A program made the position numbers and the translations under genes. Below the pieces are notes generated by a model that was not told the origin of the DNA, did no database searches, and saw nothing but the letters and a program-made list of their open reading frames with translations. A stretch of DNA of 64,000 nt from Dipteris shenzhenensis (taxonomy: Eukaryota): the NCBI GenBank assembly GCA_047967505.1, contig CM106538.1; one strand, written 5' to 3'. How positions within the stretch are numbered: the first letter of the stretch is position 1; each line of letters opens with the position of its first letter. Positions 49,201 through 62,479 of the stretch are shown here, in pieces.

Positions 49201-52137
49201 GCATTGCAGGTTGGGGCACATGAGCCAGAATGGAATGAAACTCTTATGCCGTTTGGGTTATGTATTGCATTTGAGTTTCTCTGATTTTGAATTTTGTGAG
49301 CACTGTCTCTATGGGAAGCAGACTAAATCAGCCCATAAAAGAAGGGGAAAGAAAGAGTTTGATTTGGTGCATTCAGATGTTTGCGGTCCCATGCCTACAC
49401 TGTCATTAGGCGGGGCTGAATATTATGTGACATTCATTGATGATGCAACTAGGAAAGTGTGGGCTTATGCTATAGCTCGGAAGAGTAATGTGTTCCAGGT
49501 ATTTCAGAAATGGCTGGCCTTGGTTGAGAATCAGTGAGGTAGAACGCTTAAATGCCTACGAACTGACAATGGTGGAGAGTATCTCTCTCATGACTTTTAG
49601 AATTTCTGTGATACACGTGGGATTAAGAGGGAGCTCACATCCCCTCGTACTCCAGAGCAAAATCCAATTGTAGAAAAGATGAACCGTACCATTCAAGAAA
49701 GGTTGCAATGCATGCTTTCCAATGCAAGTCTTTCTGGTGGTTTTTGGGCTGAGTTAATGAAGACTGCAGTGCATGTGATCAATAGATCACCTAGTAAGAG
49801 TTTGGATGGTGGTATTCCTGAAGAGGCATGGAGTGGCAAGAAGCCCTCTTACTCTCATTTGCGTATATTTGGGTGTGAGGCATATGCACATGTGCCAAAA
49901 GAGCTTCGAAAGAAGCTAGATCCTAAGTCTAGGAAGTGCATCTTTCTAGGTTATGGTGAAAGTGGAGAGATGGGCTATCGTCTCTGGGATCCAGAAGCAA
50001 AGAAGATCATACGCAGCCATGATGTGGTCTTCAATGAGAAGAAGATGCATAAGGCACCCATGAGGGATGTGGAAATGAGGAGAATCACTTTCCAGGATGT
50101 GAATCCACCTGCATATGTTGATAGACAGCAAGCTGTCCATGCACCAAATGTGCAAGAAATGGTACCACCAAGTACTCCCACAGGTATACAATCAAGGGTA
50201 GATGATGGATCATCTATTGGTGGAAATGATGAGCCAAATGTGGCTGATATGCAGATGGGATAGCAAGCTGAAATGCCCTTGAGAAGATCATCTAGAGTGT
50301 CTAGACTGCCTGATAGGTTTGTTCCAGGGGTAGACTATGTGATGCTTACTGATTGCGGGGAGCCTTCTTGCTACAGAGAGGCTATGATGCATGAGGATAA
50401 ACGCAAGTTGGAGTATGCTATGCAATCAGAGATGAGTTCACTTATGAAGAATAAGACTTGGGACTTGGTTTCTTTGCCACATGGAAAGAAAGCATTGCCA
50501 TGTAAATGGGTCTACAAAATGAAGGTCACAGGTGATGATGTGCCTAGGTACAAGGCCCGTTTGGTTGCTAAAGGGTTCAAGCAAGAGAAGGGTGTGGACT
50601 TTGATGAGATATTGTCTCCAGTTGTGAAGATGACCACACTTAGATGCATGCTTGGACTAGTGGCATCAGAGGATATGGAGCTTATGCAGATGGATGTCAA
50701 GACAGCTTTCTTGCATGGGGATTTGCATGAGGAAATTTACATGGTGCAGCCGGAAGGCTTTGAAGAAAAGGGCAAAGAGCATTTAGTTTGCAAGCTGAAG
50801 AAGAGTCTCTATGGTCTTAAGCAAGCGCCTAGAGAATGGTATTAGAAGTTTGATGGTTTCATTCGGTCCCAGGGTTTTAGAAGGAGTGAAATTGATCACT
50901 GCCTCTACACTAAAAGGGCTAAGGATAATAGCCTGATAATCCTGGCACTATATGTGGATGATATGCTATTGGCTAGCAAGAATACTTATGAGCTAGATGC
51001 ATTAAAGGCCAAGTTGCATGAGGCCTTTGATATGAAGGATTTGGGACTTGCAGGTCATATTCTTGGTATGCGCATCACGCATGATCGGAGTAGGAAACTC
51101 CTTTGGCTTTCACAAAAAGAGCATGTTACAAAAGTATTGCAGCATTTCAATATGGAGGGGGGGAAGGCAGTGAGTACTCCATTGCCTCCATATGTGAAAC
51201 TGAGTCATACAGATAGTCCCAAATCAGAAGAGGAGAGGGCCATGATGGCTAAGGTTCCTTATGCATCAGCAGTTGGGAGTCTTATGTATGCTATGATAGC
51301 TACTAGACCAGACATTGCATTTGCAGTGGGAGTTGTTAGCCGATATATGGCTAATCCAGGAAAGAGGCATTGGGAGGCAGTTAAGTGCATCATGAGGTAC
51401 ATGAAGGGTACCAAGGAGATGTGCATTTGCTTTGGTAGAGGAGACATGCGTGTACTTGGGTACACAGATTCAGACTATGCAGGGCATGTGGATAGTAGGA
51501 GATCCACTTCTGATTATGTGTTCATCTTTGCAGGTGGTGCAGTGTCGTGGATGTCTCGCGCACAGAAGGGCGTTGCTTTGTCTACCACAGCGGCTGAGTA
51601 TGTTGTAGCCACAGAGGGTTGCAAGGAGGCTATATGGCTTGATCGGCTAGTGGGAGATTTGGGGATTCATATAGGTGTACCGACATTGCATGGTGATTCC
51701 ATGAGTGCTATTCAGCTAGCACGGAATCCGGTCTTTCATGCAAAGACCAAACACATTGAGGTCAGGTACCATTTCATTAGGGAGGTACTTGAGGACAAGC
51801 GCATAGAGCTTGTCAAGGTTCATACTGATGATAACCCTGCAGATATGCTGACGAAGAGTCTACCTAGTCAGCGGTTTGAGTATTGTCATGTATTGATGGG
51901 CATTGGATAGTATGTTCACTGGTCGTTCTCCCTTAAAGGCACATTGTCCTTTAAGTGGGAGGTTGTGGGGGTTAAAGGTCAATGTGCCTTTACCCCGGTT
52001 ATGTACAATACTCAAACACATCTATAAATGAATGAAAAAAGAAGATTAGGGTGGTTCTGCACCCACCAAAACTTGTGTGGCTCTTTGTCTCTCTCTCTCT
52101 CCTTCTTCCGTTCTTGCTTCCATTGAGAGCACTCTCA
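46243..52137 (+). mobile_element. Full-length Ty1/copia element copy 2, 174-bp LTRs, TSD AAAAG
   Basis: LTRs 46243-46416 and 51964-52137 (5 substitutions counted). PBS TGGTATCAGAGC (tRNA-iMet) at 46419-46430, PPT AAGTGGGAGG at 51953-51962, and AAAAG at 46238-46242 and 52138-52142. Confidence 0.97.
47857..51910 (+). pseudogene. copia gag-pol polyprotein with one frameshift and several nonsense codons
   Basis: gag, CCHC, DSGAS protease, GAG-pre-integrase, rve, RVT_2 (QMDVKTAFLHG, YVDD), RNase H (KHIEVRYHF). Frameshift at ~48200; stops at ~49535, ~49598, 50261 and 50843. Confidence 0.93.
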
Positions 52138-55100
52138 AAAAGCGCACAGCCTAGTGGCTAGTTAAAAGAAGGGAGTGGAAAAATAAAAGAGGAGCTGGGT
52201 AACATGAAACCCTTGACAACCATGAATGATAGAGTGACAAATGTGAGAAGCAGTGACCAAGACAAAAACTTATGGGGAGTGTGAGATAGATTTTTGAACG
52301 TAGCTTGTAGTACATAAGGAGAATTTCAAGGGGGATCTAAACAATTGCACCACCCATAGATGATGAGGTGGCATGGAAACAATTATGGTAGAAATAGAAG
52401 AACCCCCTAACTGCTATCCCCAAGACAAATGCGAGGGCAAACCCATTGGGAAACCGCCCATGTAGGGGAACACTTACAACATATCCCCTTATCCTTCACC
52501 ATTACATTAAAGCTAAACCAAGGCTAGCAAAGTGCCATGAAAAGGAGAACATGTCATGCTTCCAAAATTCAAGCCATGGCATGACCCATAGGCATACCTT
52601 GGTAAGCAATATGGCAACCATCCGACTCAATATTGAATCTCAAAGTTTATAAAATTTAATTTAGGGGTTACATATGCTCAAACACTATCTATAGGAAACT
52701 AATTGAGATCTATGTCCACTAGAGGCTCAGAAGTCCTATAAAGTCTTCCAAACATGCTCAAGACCCTGTGGTAGCAAACCAAGGGACAACAACATCAAAC
52801 CAAGTGACAAAGCAAAGTTATCGAGGACAAAGCTTGATATACAGAGTTGAGGCAAATGTTGAATCCCAAAGTTGACACTTCGGGTCTCAAACTCAAACTA
52901 AAGAAAGTACTCCAGCTGCTTATGATTGCATCAACAAACCCAACAAGGAGCATCATAACAAAGGACTCATTTAGATGAATCCAACATGCAATTAATGGCA
53001 CTTACTCACTTGATAGAGTCATGACAATTCATGTAAGTATGGTGAGCATTACCCATTGCAAATGTTAGGTAGTTAGCATAGTATAAAAGGATAGAGGGTT
53101 GGAGGTGTAGAAAGAGAAGAGTCAAATATTGCCTTGAAGAACGTATTTGCTAAAATGAATAACACCTCTTGGAGATTGATGCAAGAATAAAGGATGAGAA
53201 ACTTATTCTTTCTGCATTGACTCAGTGAAGGCACGAGATTTTAGCCTTAATTAAATGTCACAACATTTTGAAGAGGAACCTACTATTCTCTTTTTAACAA
53301 ATGTTTTTGTCATTGTGCATGCTTTTTTGTCATTGTATAAGATGTATGGAAATAAGTGTGTGCATCCCTATTTTGTATAGGCATAGACATATATGAAGAT
53401 GCAAGAGCAAATGATGGTAGGGCTCAATATGCAATCATGGGATTAGATAGTTTCTGATTCTGCTATCTCAAGTGCCTATGAATCATTGAAGCATTTTTTT
53501 TTGCATTTGGAAAATTTGTAAGTATGACCTCAACTCTTATTTAAAATATTGCATAATTAAGATCAAGCATTGTCTAACTTTTGTTTTCTTTGTTACTTGG
53601 GATTCCCATGTCCAAGTAATTTTTTAGCACACATTGAGCTCACAACCAGAGAAGGAGAGGAGAGAAGGTATACACCTTGTATATATTGATGATCACATGA
53701 AAACTTTTAGTCCTCTCTTGAATCCTTTAAGAATTAACTACTACAATATCTATTGTTGTGACATGAGCCAATCTTGTAGCAAATATCCCCAAGAAAGTTT
53801 GTAACGTAGCTAGAGCAAATATCCATTATGGATTTAGGTTAAAAGAAAAGTAAATCATATAGTTTTAGGTCATAATAAGATTGATACGATAGTCTCAACC
53901 TTCAAAGTGCACACATGGCTCAAAATTAGAGCATTATTATTTTTCATTCTATAGCAATTAGCTTATGTGACCAAAGCACTCATGGACGCTACTCAAGAGA
54001 GTATGATCTGGAAAGTTTATTGTAACTTAGTGTATCACCTTTAATGTATGCTAGATGTTACTACTATAGCTTTGGACATGTTTTAATCTTTGTATTTATT
54101 GATTTGGTTAACTAGGTAAGACAAACTTGAAGCATATACTTGGAAATAAGATGATACATGTCTCTAAAATGATCATTAATTCTCCTTAACAGAGAAGTTA
54201 AAATAGTTTTGCATTGTCCTAGAACAAATGTAAGTAATATATTTCATTTCCCATAGTGATACAAAAGCCACAATATGTAGAGAATAGCAAGTCCATCACC
54301 AAGCCACACCAAAAGCCACAACATTTGATCAATGAGGATTTGATCTATTCACAATTCAAGATGATTAGGTTAGTTAATTTTTTGTCATGACAGGGAAGAC
54401 CAAAGTTGTGCTCTCTAGAAGAATAGGCACTATGTGGCACTTGAGAAAGATCCCTTGCAAGCATTATTTATCTTCAACCAGTGTGATTTGTAAATGATCT
54501 TCTTGAAGTTGATTAAGAGGTGGGAGAAAAATTTAGCTTGCATATTGAGAAAGTAAAATTGGCATTTGGAGATCCCCAACCTTCCTTCAATGATGAAGAA
54601 TCTAAGCTTGCAAAGCTAGAAGAGCGTTTTAATTTAATTTACTTTATACTTGTGAAAATTCTAATTTATAAAATTTTGAATAGTAGATGATAAAGGGGTT
54701 GATCCCTCAACCAAGAGCAACATAATAGAGAGAAGGATGAGGAGCCTACTACTGATTACTAACTTCTAGATATTTAGAGCTATATTTCTCTATAACATGT
54801 ATTGACAAAAAAAATTATATACACATTTGAGTAAATATGAGTTCTCCTCCCTTTTCATCATGTGTCATTACAATCAATTGTTTTTTTGTCAATTATTACA
54901 TTGTTCTTTGTTCTTAATAATTTTAAAATAAAAAAATTGGAATGTTTATCCATTAATCAATTAATATCTTTTTACTTTCATATCATCTTGCTTATGATTT
55001 TTCAGAGATCAATAGTTGGAGATGTAGGATTTTTCCTATTTAAAAAATGTAACATGATTAGATGCCTTGAGGTTTAGAACTCATAATTAATAGATCTAGT

Positions 55101-55334
55101 TGAATGAAATGTTTCAATTAAAAGGTGTGTAAATTATGTAAAATATAATTCCTTTTGTTCTTAAACCTTTCTCCTGAGATCCAACTGTCATTGATTATCC
55201 CACATTGAAATTTCCTTTCTTGTCTATAGGCATATATAATTTTATACCATTGCATGATACTCATGGCTAGGAGCAAAGAAGTGGTAGTGTCGTCAATGTA
55301 ACCACATGGCATTCCCACCTATGAAAGCTTACTT

Positions 55335-55564
55335 TTAATATATGTGGGAAATTTGGATAGTGGAACATACAGTTTTATAATTTTAAAATCAAATAAGACA
55401 TTCATCTGCCTCATGCCTTGGTCTATATAGTTCACTTCATACAAGGGAAAATGTTAATATATGTGGGAACTTTGGATAGTGGAACATGCAGTTTTATAAT
55501 TTTAAAATCAAATAAGACACTCATCTACCTCATGCCTTGGTCTATATAGTTTAGTTCATACAAG
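55335..55564 (+). repeat. Tandem duplication, 119-bp period, two copies
   Basis: TTAATATATGTGGGAA...GGTCTATATAGTT..TTCATACAAG starting at ~55335 and ~55454. Confidence 0.9.
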
Positions 55565-56171
55565 CGAGGAGATGAAAGTAGTGCAATAAATTTAAGGAAA
55601 GTCGTTAGGGGACATTTGGTGCTTCTCATCTCAAGAGAGTCTCCCTTTCGAAGTATTTATATATTGTCTTTTTGTGTAATTGGTAACATTCTATTTTGTT
55701 TAAAGTGTTTTTCCAAGCTTATATAGTAGGTCATGAATTCAATAAAAATAACTATTCAAGAAAAGAATAATTGCCACTACCCAAAATAATAGATATTAGT
55801 CTATAATAAAATATGCATCACAAAGTGCAGCTTATAAAAATTTATGATCTCTAAATCATGAAGGATTTTACAATTATCTATTTCTTTTTTACAATCTAAT
55901 ACAAAAAAGAAATAGCTTTTTTGACATTAGGATATGTAAAATTAGCTCCAGTAAATATGTTATATCAAATTCTTCTCTTTATTTATAGATAGGTAGAAAT
56001 TATATTAGTATTAAAATTTAGATAAAACCTATTAGGATCTTAAAAGTGGGTAACATGCATTAGTCCTTAATTAATAAGTGGTGGTTTTTATTCATGGAGG
56101 CATGCTTCATTCCATTCTAGCCATACTAATGAACAACAAAAGCAAAACATTACGCAAGCTATATATTGCTG

Positions 56172-56228
56172 AACTTGATACATAAAGAAAACTTGATACA
56201 TAAAGAAAATTTGATACATTAAGAAAAG
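56172..56228 (+). repeat. 19-bp tandem repeat x3 (AACTTGATACATAAAGAAA)
   Basis: Direct reading; the third unit is degenerate. Confidence 0.8.
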
Positions 56229-56789
56229 AATGCATAGAATTACAAACCACAATCTCAGATGAAGTCTCAAGCCATAGTCTTAGATAAAGTCTTCTTGATT
56301 GGGAAACAAATGTTAGAGAAAGTTGAAAAACACTCATAAAGTATCAAACATGTGCATGATAGTTGGATCTTTCACAAAGAAATTGCATTGGAATCCAATT
56401 CTTGAAATGACCACATTCAATACTACCAACTCTCAAATGAAGCATCAAGAAGATTATTTATTTATAAATATACTAAACATATTCAAAACAACCAATATGA
56501 CATTGACACAATCAATTTTATGTGATAGCACCTCTGTTAACCCAATGGCAAACGAGGGCCAGAAGTGCAATCTAGAGCAACACAACGATGAGATCATTGT
56601 GTGTATAGAGTAGCGATGACAAAGCTCTGCATGTAATATCTTTAGCTTGAAAGATGGGTTGTTGAATCTTAAAGGATGAGGACAGCCAAAATCCTCTCTA
56701 GAAAAGATCCAATCATGCTTCCAAAATCAGGATCTAGAGGGAGAAAGACTAAATATAGAGAGAGAAAGACTAAAAGCCTACCCTTTTTG

Positions 56790-56890
56790 AGGTCCCCCCA
56801 CTTTGTGTAGAGACCCAAAAGGCCCCCCCACTTTGTGTAGAGACCTAAAGGTCCCCCCACTTTGTGTAGAGACCCAAAAGGTCCCCTCAA
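56790..56890 (+). repeat. ~29-bp minisatellite (GGTCCCCCCACTTTGTGTAGAGACCCAAAA) x3 in the gypsy LTR U3
   Basis: Three tandem units plus a degenerate unit at ~56940-56965, just upstream of TATAAATA at ~56972. Confidence 0.9.
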
Positions 56891-58176
56891 AAAGTGGAGG
56901 ACTCTTATCCAAAGGTCTCTTGCAAAAGAGGTCCCCTAGAGGTACCTACAAATTGTGTAGAGACCAACATGTATAAATATCTCACAATGGAATAAAGCTC
57001 GCACTCTTTGGGGTTCCATGTTCAAGCTCACTATTGTGTTCATGTGATTGATCTCCATTGTGTCCATGCTCCCCTACACTATCATGTTCTAGCATCCCCT
57101 TACCCTTGCACTCCCTACCCTTGTACTCCCTCCTCCTCCTCTCTCCTCCTCCTCCTCCCTCCTCCTCCTCATTTTCCCTCCTACTCCCTACTCCCTACTC
57201 CTCCTCTCTCCTCCTCCTCTCCCTCCTCCTCCTCCTTCTCCTTGTCTTCCCTCCCTCCTCCCTCTTGCTCCTCCTCCTCTCTGGTCATCCCTCCTCCCTG
57301 TTGGTCCCTCCTCCTCAAACCTTACCCCTCGAAGTTGCAAAGGAGACTAGCCTTTTACACCCCCTTCCTCTCTCCACCCCACATCCCCTTCCCCCCTCCA
57401 CCCCACCATCCCCTACCTCCTCCACCATCTCTCTACCTCCCTCGACAATCCCTTCTACCCCTCTAACCCCCCATCCACTCCCCCTCCACCATCTCTCTAC
57501 CTCCCTCTATACCCCCATCTTCCTCCACCCCTCCATCCTGCCCTTTCTCCCACTCTCTCTCTACCTCCCCCTAAAACCCCTTCCACCCCTCTATTCCTCC
57601 ACCCCCCCACCTCCTCTCTACCACTACCCCTTCCCCCACCCTTTCCACCACCCACCCACCACCCCCCCTCCCCTCCTCTACCCCCCCCAATTCTCTCCTC
57701 TCCATTCTATCTCTCCTCCTCCATCCTCCCTCCTCCTCCTTCCTCCTCCTTTCTTCTCTCTCCTCCACCCCCAATCTTCTCCCCCCCCTTCACCTCCACT
57801 CATCCTTGGGTGTCGATTGTGAAAGCCATGCCTCAGGCATAGGTTGTGTCGTGCCCCTAGTGTTGGGTACCAGTGCTCCGAGCAACATGCCAACAGTTGT
57901 GTAGGCTATGCCATGCCTCGGGCATCAATTGGTAGCACTTCGAGTAGCATGTCAGCCATGCAGCGCCATTAAGCATCAGTCACACTATGCATTAGACAGA
58001 ACACCCATGCTAGGCCAATGTCGTTGCCATGCATAAAATTGCCACCATGGCCTCGCAACAATATGCCGCCACTGCCACCTTGCATAACATGCCACACCAT
58101 CGCTGTTGCCTCGTAAAATGCACTGCAGCATCACGATTACCTACGAGTGAGAGAAGAGAGAGTAGAGAGAATAGGT

Positions 58177-58179
<3 letters not shown>

Positions 58180-58226
<47 letters not shown>

Positions 58227-58401
58227 GGTAGGGTAGGGTAGGGTAGGGCTAACTAATGCTTAGGATAGTCAAACTAACCATATTAAATTAGGTTAGGTTA
58301 GGGCCCCTCCGCAAGAAAAAAAAAGGAAGGGATCTAACTCATAGGTAGTTAGGGACGTTAGGTTAGGTTAAGGTAACCAATCCTCCCCAAAACCACACCC
58401 C

Positions 58402-58479
<78 letters not shown>

Positions 58480-58480
58480 G
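58180..58480 (+). repeat. (GA)n tracts flanking (TAGGG)5 and TTAGG repeats
   Basis: (GA)n at 58180-58222 and 58405-58480; (TAGGG)5 at 58224-58248. Confidence 0.9.
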
Positions 58481-61400
58481 GGTCTTTATAAAAAAATTAC
58501 CTTATTTTGCCCCTTCTTCAAGGGCCAGCATCTTGGCCGTTTGTATGCTAAATCACACCAGGTTTGAACCCAAATTTCACACACATAAAGATCTATATCA
58601 AGAGAATATTTTCAAGTATTTTTACTATCGCTTTGGATCTTGGTAGTTGCCACCACATAGACACTAATTTTGACCAGTCGATCTCATATCTTTTACCATT
58701 TTCGAGCTACGATGGTCAAAATCAATTGTAGAATTCAAAGTCAGATTCACTCACTTGAAAGACACAATTAAGAATTGTGTATGCACCTCATATCTAGACG
58801 AAGATTAGCACCTGCATACTTTCATGAACTTTCTTTTGCCCTCGACACTCTCCAAGAATTCAACCTCTCATTATCAACAAGCAGCATGAAGGACCTAAGG
58901 ATGAGACACTTTGGAAAATTGGAAATGCCAAAGTACAATGGATGAGGGGATCCTATGAAATTTCTTCAACTCTTCAATGCAACATGTTCTGCAAGAGGTG
59001 ATCATTCAAATGAAACAAAAGCCACCTGGTTTTCGATGTCTCTAACCAATGAGGCCTCAAAATGGTACCTTGACCTTCTTGTAGAAGAAAGAGCCACATG
59101 GGCACTGCTATTCAAGCAGTTCAAAATGACCCCACACCTCAACTGGGAAATATGGAAATGCATTATAAAGAAAAGATTGGAATATACTTAGGAAGAATGA
59201 AAAATGTGTTCCCCGTTTGGACAACAAGTACTTCATAGCATGGTTCATCTTTGGATTGAAAAAATCCATTCTCAAGGACATGAAATAAGTTAGTAGTGGC
59301 TATGTGCATTTTAGCAATGCTCATGAAGCTGCAATTGACATTAAGGACAGCATGACCGCTTCTAACAGCGATAGTGATGACTATAAATCAAGTCATTATG
59401 ACAAGAAATATTTGAAGAAGGGAAGCACGTCCACCAAGGATCGCACCACCGAGGACAGAGTGGAAGCCATGGCCCTAAGAGTAAAGGACGAAATGATGCA
59501 GGCCATAGAGCAAAAGTTGTGTGTCTCTCAGCCACCATAGTACCCATGAAGAGAGAATGTCTAGTGCCAACACTGTATGGCCAACCATATGGCCAATGAG
59601 TGCCCAATCCTCAGGAACAGACTTAACCCCCACTAGAAGTGGCTCAACCCCCACAACTATGGTGTGACATTTGCATTATTGCAAGCCATGATGTAAATAG
59701 CTATTTCTACAATATGAGGGTAGCACAACCCGACCTTAATAGTACCAATAGCCACCAATCCCAATATCTAGGCAGCCACCACTAGCACCCAATGCACAAG
59801 TGTCAGATATCAACCCCCTCTCAATGAGGACACAAGTGCCTCAAATATTGAGAAATCCCAATCCTCCACAATACTCTCAAGCCCCCAATCTTGCTCCAGT
59901 AGTTCCAATGCAACAACTCTAACTTGAAGATTTGGAACCTCACTATGAGTATGATACAGAATACCCTATGTACTACATGGATGGTGTTGAAGGACTCATT
60001 CTTGTATATGCAAATCAAGTAATACCAACCACATATCGAACACCCATCAAGTGTTTTGGTTGTGGGGAAAGCCACCGCATAGCGGAATGCCCACACAAGG
60101 GTAACCCTGTTACATTTCAACCTTTGTGCAGAGAATGTGGAGTTGGGCATGCATGCATGGATTGCCCACTCAAAGCAAAGCCTCACCCAACCAATGAAGT
60201 AAAAATTGATGTACCTCTAGGAATGATTAGTGTGGAAAATCATAGTGTGTCTATACAAAGTGTGGTATCACATCTAGTCTTAGTCATAACAAGGCAACTG
60301 AAAGAAGCAGCATGGCAAAAACTCCTTTCCACTCAAAAAGCAAAGAGCCCTCTAGCAAAATAAGCCTCACCGATCCCATAACAGTGAGGCCATGCCTAGC
60401 ACATCTATGGATAGTGCCCGTCAAGAAGCAAAGGAAGCCTACCCCAATGCTAAAATTGAAAAAGCTCGTTATCAAGCCTTGAAGCAATGGGTACAACAAA
60501 AGCAAGAGAAATTTGAGGTAGACAAGATAGCAATAGCAAAGGTTAGAGCACTCTCATCACCCAGCATTGACAAAGTGATTGATCACAACACTTTCTAAAG
60601 GGCAATCGAGCAACAGGTAATACATGCCCAATTTTATGGTACTGCACTAGCTAGCTTGATAAGTTGCCCGTCATGATGCCAACCTTACTAAGGAATTGCC
60701 CTATAATGTGGGAGAGTTTCAAAGGATGAATAGAATCTTCACAATGCTTCCCCCCACCTGGAGAAGAGGAAAAGGTTATTTTAGTAAAATTCAGTGCTAG
60801 GGATGACAAAAAAAAAGTAATTATCCTACTGCAGCATAAAGCCTTTGGCCAATACCTTGCAATAGTGGACGGTGGAGCCGATGTAAACATTTTAGCAAGA
60901 GATCTTTATGAAGAATGGTTCCTACCTCCAATGCAGAAGGCTACATTCAACATCCACCTAGCCAACCACACTAAAATGAAGCCATTGGGCATTGTTGACA
61001 ATGTGCCAACAAAAATTGTTGGAGTCAAGTTCACTCTCCAGTTTACTATCTTGGATCTTCCCAAGGGAGCCATAGCGTACCAGATATTGTTGGGAAGACC
61101 ATGGCTTTAGGAAGCTTTGGTACTCCATGATTGGGACACTAATTGAATCACAATCCAAAACATAGAAACCAGTGTCAAGATCAATTTGGGAATAGGGGAA
61201 ATCAAACCCACTTTTCACAAAAATATTGAAGACACTTCTTCCACTACAGCCATGAAATATGGTCTACAAGTCAGATAGTGCTTTGACCAATGCCTTCTGC
61301 ATAAAGAAAATTGCAAATCCTCAATCATCATATTGAAATATTCTTCAATAAATGTTGATCACAAATGTGGCCTCCGTAATAGAAGTCATCCACAAATGAG

Positions 61401-61769
61401 TCCTTCATGACTATTCATATAAAACAATCAATTTTCTCATAATACCTTCAATATTCCTTCGGTTGTACATTTTTAAGGAGTATATAATACAACCAAGTGG
61501 TTTAAACACTTGGATATATAGATAGCATTAGTATATCGGTGTAGTGCTTAATGTAATGATTTGAAACTTATAATGTCAAAGGGGTGTTTTATTGTGAAGT
61601 GCATTTGTCCATTTGGGAAAGTAAGCATAAATCCACTCAAAGACATTGGCTTGAAGGCTCAATTTTGGTGACATCTTTAGCTTCCATTTCATTTTTAGTT
61701 AGTTTCCCTTGCATTGACTTCAAACTTGTAATATCAAAGGGGTGTTTTATCGTGAAGTGTATAAATCTA

Positions 61770-62025
61770 GGAGTTCTAGTAGAAGAGAGATATTTGCAGA
61801 TTGTCTTGCTGAGTCTGATTATGCAATGGTGCCCATGTTTTGAGGCATCTTAGGTTCTATTTTCAATAGCGGTCATTGCCATGGGACCATGATTTCTTGA
61901 GCATACCTTAGGCAGATCACTTCGGTTGCAATTTGAGCCATGTGCGCTCATTCATGGTGTGCATTGGGTTGTAGTGGATGATTTATAGGCCATTTGGATG
62001 CATTACAATTCTTATTGGATGCGCT
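61770..62025 (+). mobile_element. 256-bp copia 5'-leader fragment embedded in gypsy pol
   Basis: Colinear with 47212-47467 (GGAGTTCT...GGATGCGCT), with scattered substitutions. Confidence 0.9.
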
Positions 62026-62479
62026 ACCCTATAAATCCAAAATACGCACTCATACTGAGGGAAGAAATCTAGAAACTCATAGATGCTTTCATCTATGAGA
62101 TTGAGCATACGGGCTGGGTATCACCCATCATAATAGTCCTAAAGAAAAGTGGAAACATTAGAGTATGTGGATTTGAAAAAGGTTAATGCCACCACCAGAT
62201 GTGACCACTACCCCTTGCCATTCACGGAACATGTTTTGGAAAGGGTAGCCAGAAAGGAAGCTTATAGCTTTCTTGGCCTATATTTTCCCACCTCTTCTCT
62301 ATGTACTTCATGTTCCTTGGCTATATTGATATATTGGCTTGCTTAGTTCTGTTGTTGCTCACATCCTTTTTAAGCTATGCTCGTATTGACTAGTTCACAA
62401 CACCTTCTGAGTCTCCTCTCTATGGGATGGCAACACTTTACAAGTCTAAAAGCTCCCCTTTGATGCCTTTTTTGCTTTG

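Larger units (their letters stand above)
56600..62275 (+). mobile_element. Ty3/gypsy (Athila/Tat-like) element copy 2, heavily decayed: LTR part, leader, gag, protease, RT N-terminus
   Basis: LTR start and TATA region are homologous to 32430 and 32741-32800. gag remnant 58900-59190 (MPKYNG*GDPMKFLQLF...WYLDLLVEERATW); knuckles CFGCGESHRIAEC and CRECGVGHACMDC; protease VDGGADVN...ILLGRPWL (60865-61110); RT WVSPIIIV...DHYPLP (62026-62275). Confidence 0.85.

Noticed and set aside
53850-54800. Possible hAT transposase C-terminal remnant in AT-rich DNA
   Set aside because: Only a faint resemblance to 'S..CERNWS' near 54400; no ORF, TIRs or TSD could be established.
56790-56965. 29-bp partly palindromic repeats as a CRISPR-like array
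   Set aside because: The units abut with no unique spacers, there are no cas genes, and the context is a eukaryotic LTR.
42217-62025. Simple 20-kb inversion as the full explanation of the split copia
   Set aside because: Gypsy gag/protease inside the interval remain colinear with RT outside it, which one inversion would not preserve; kept only as part of a more complex scenario.
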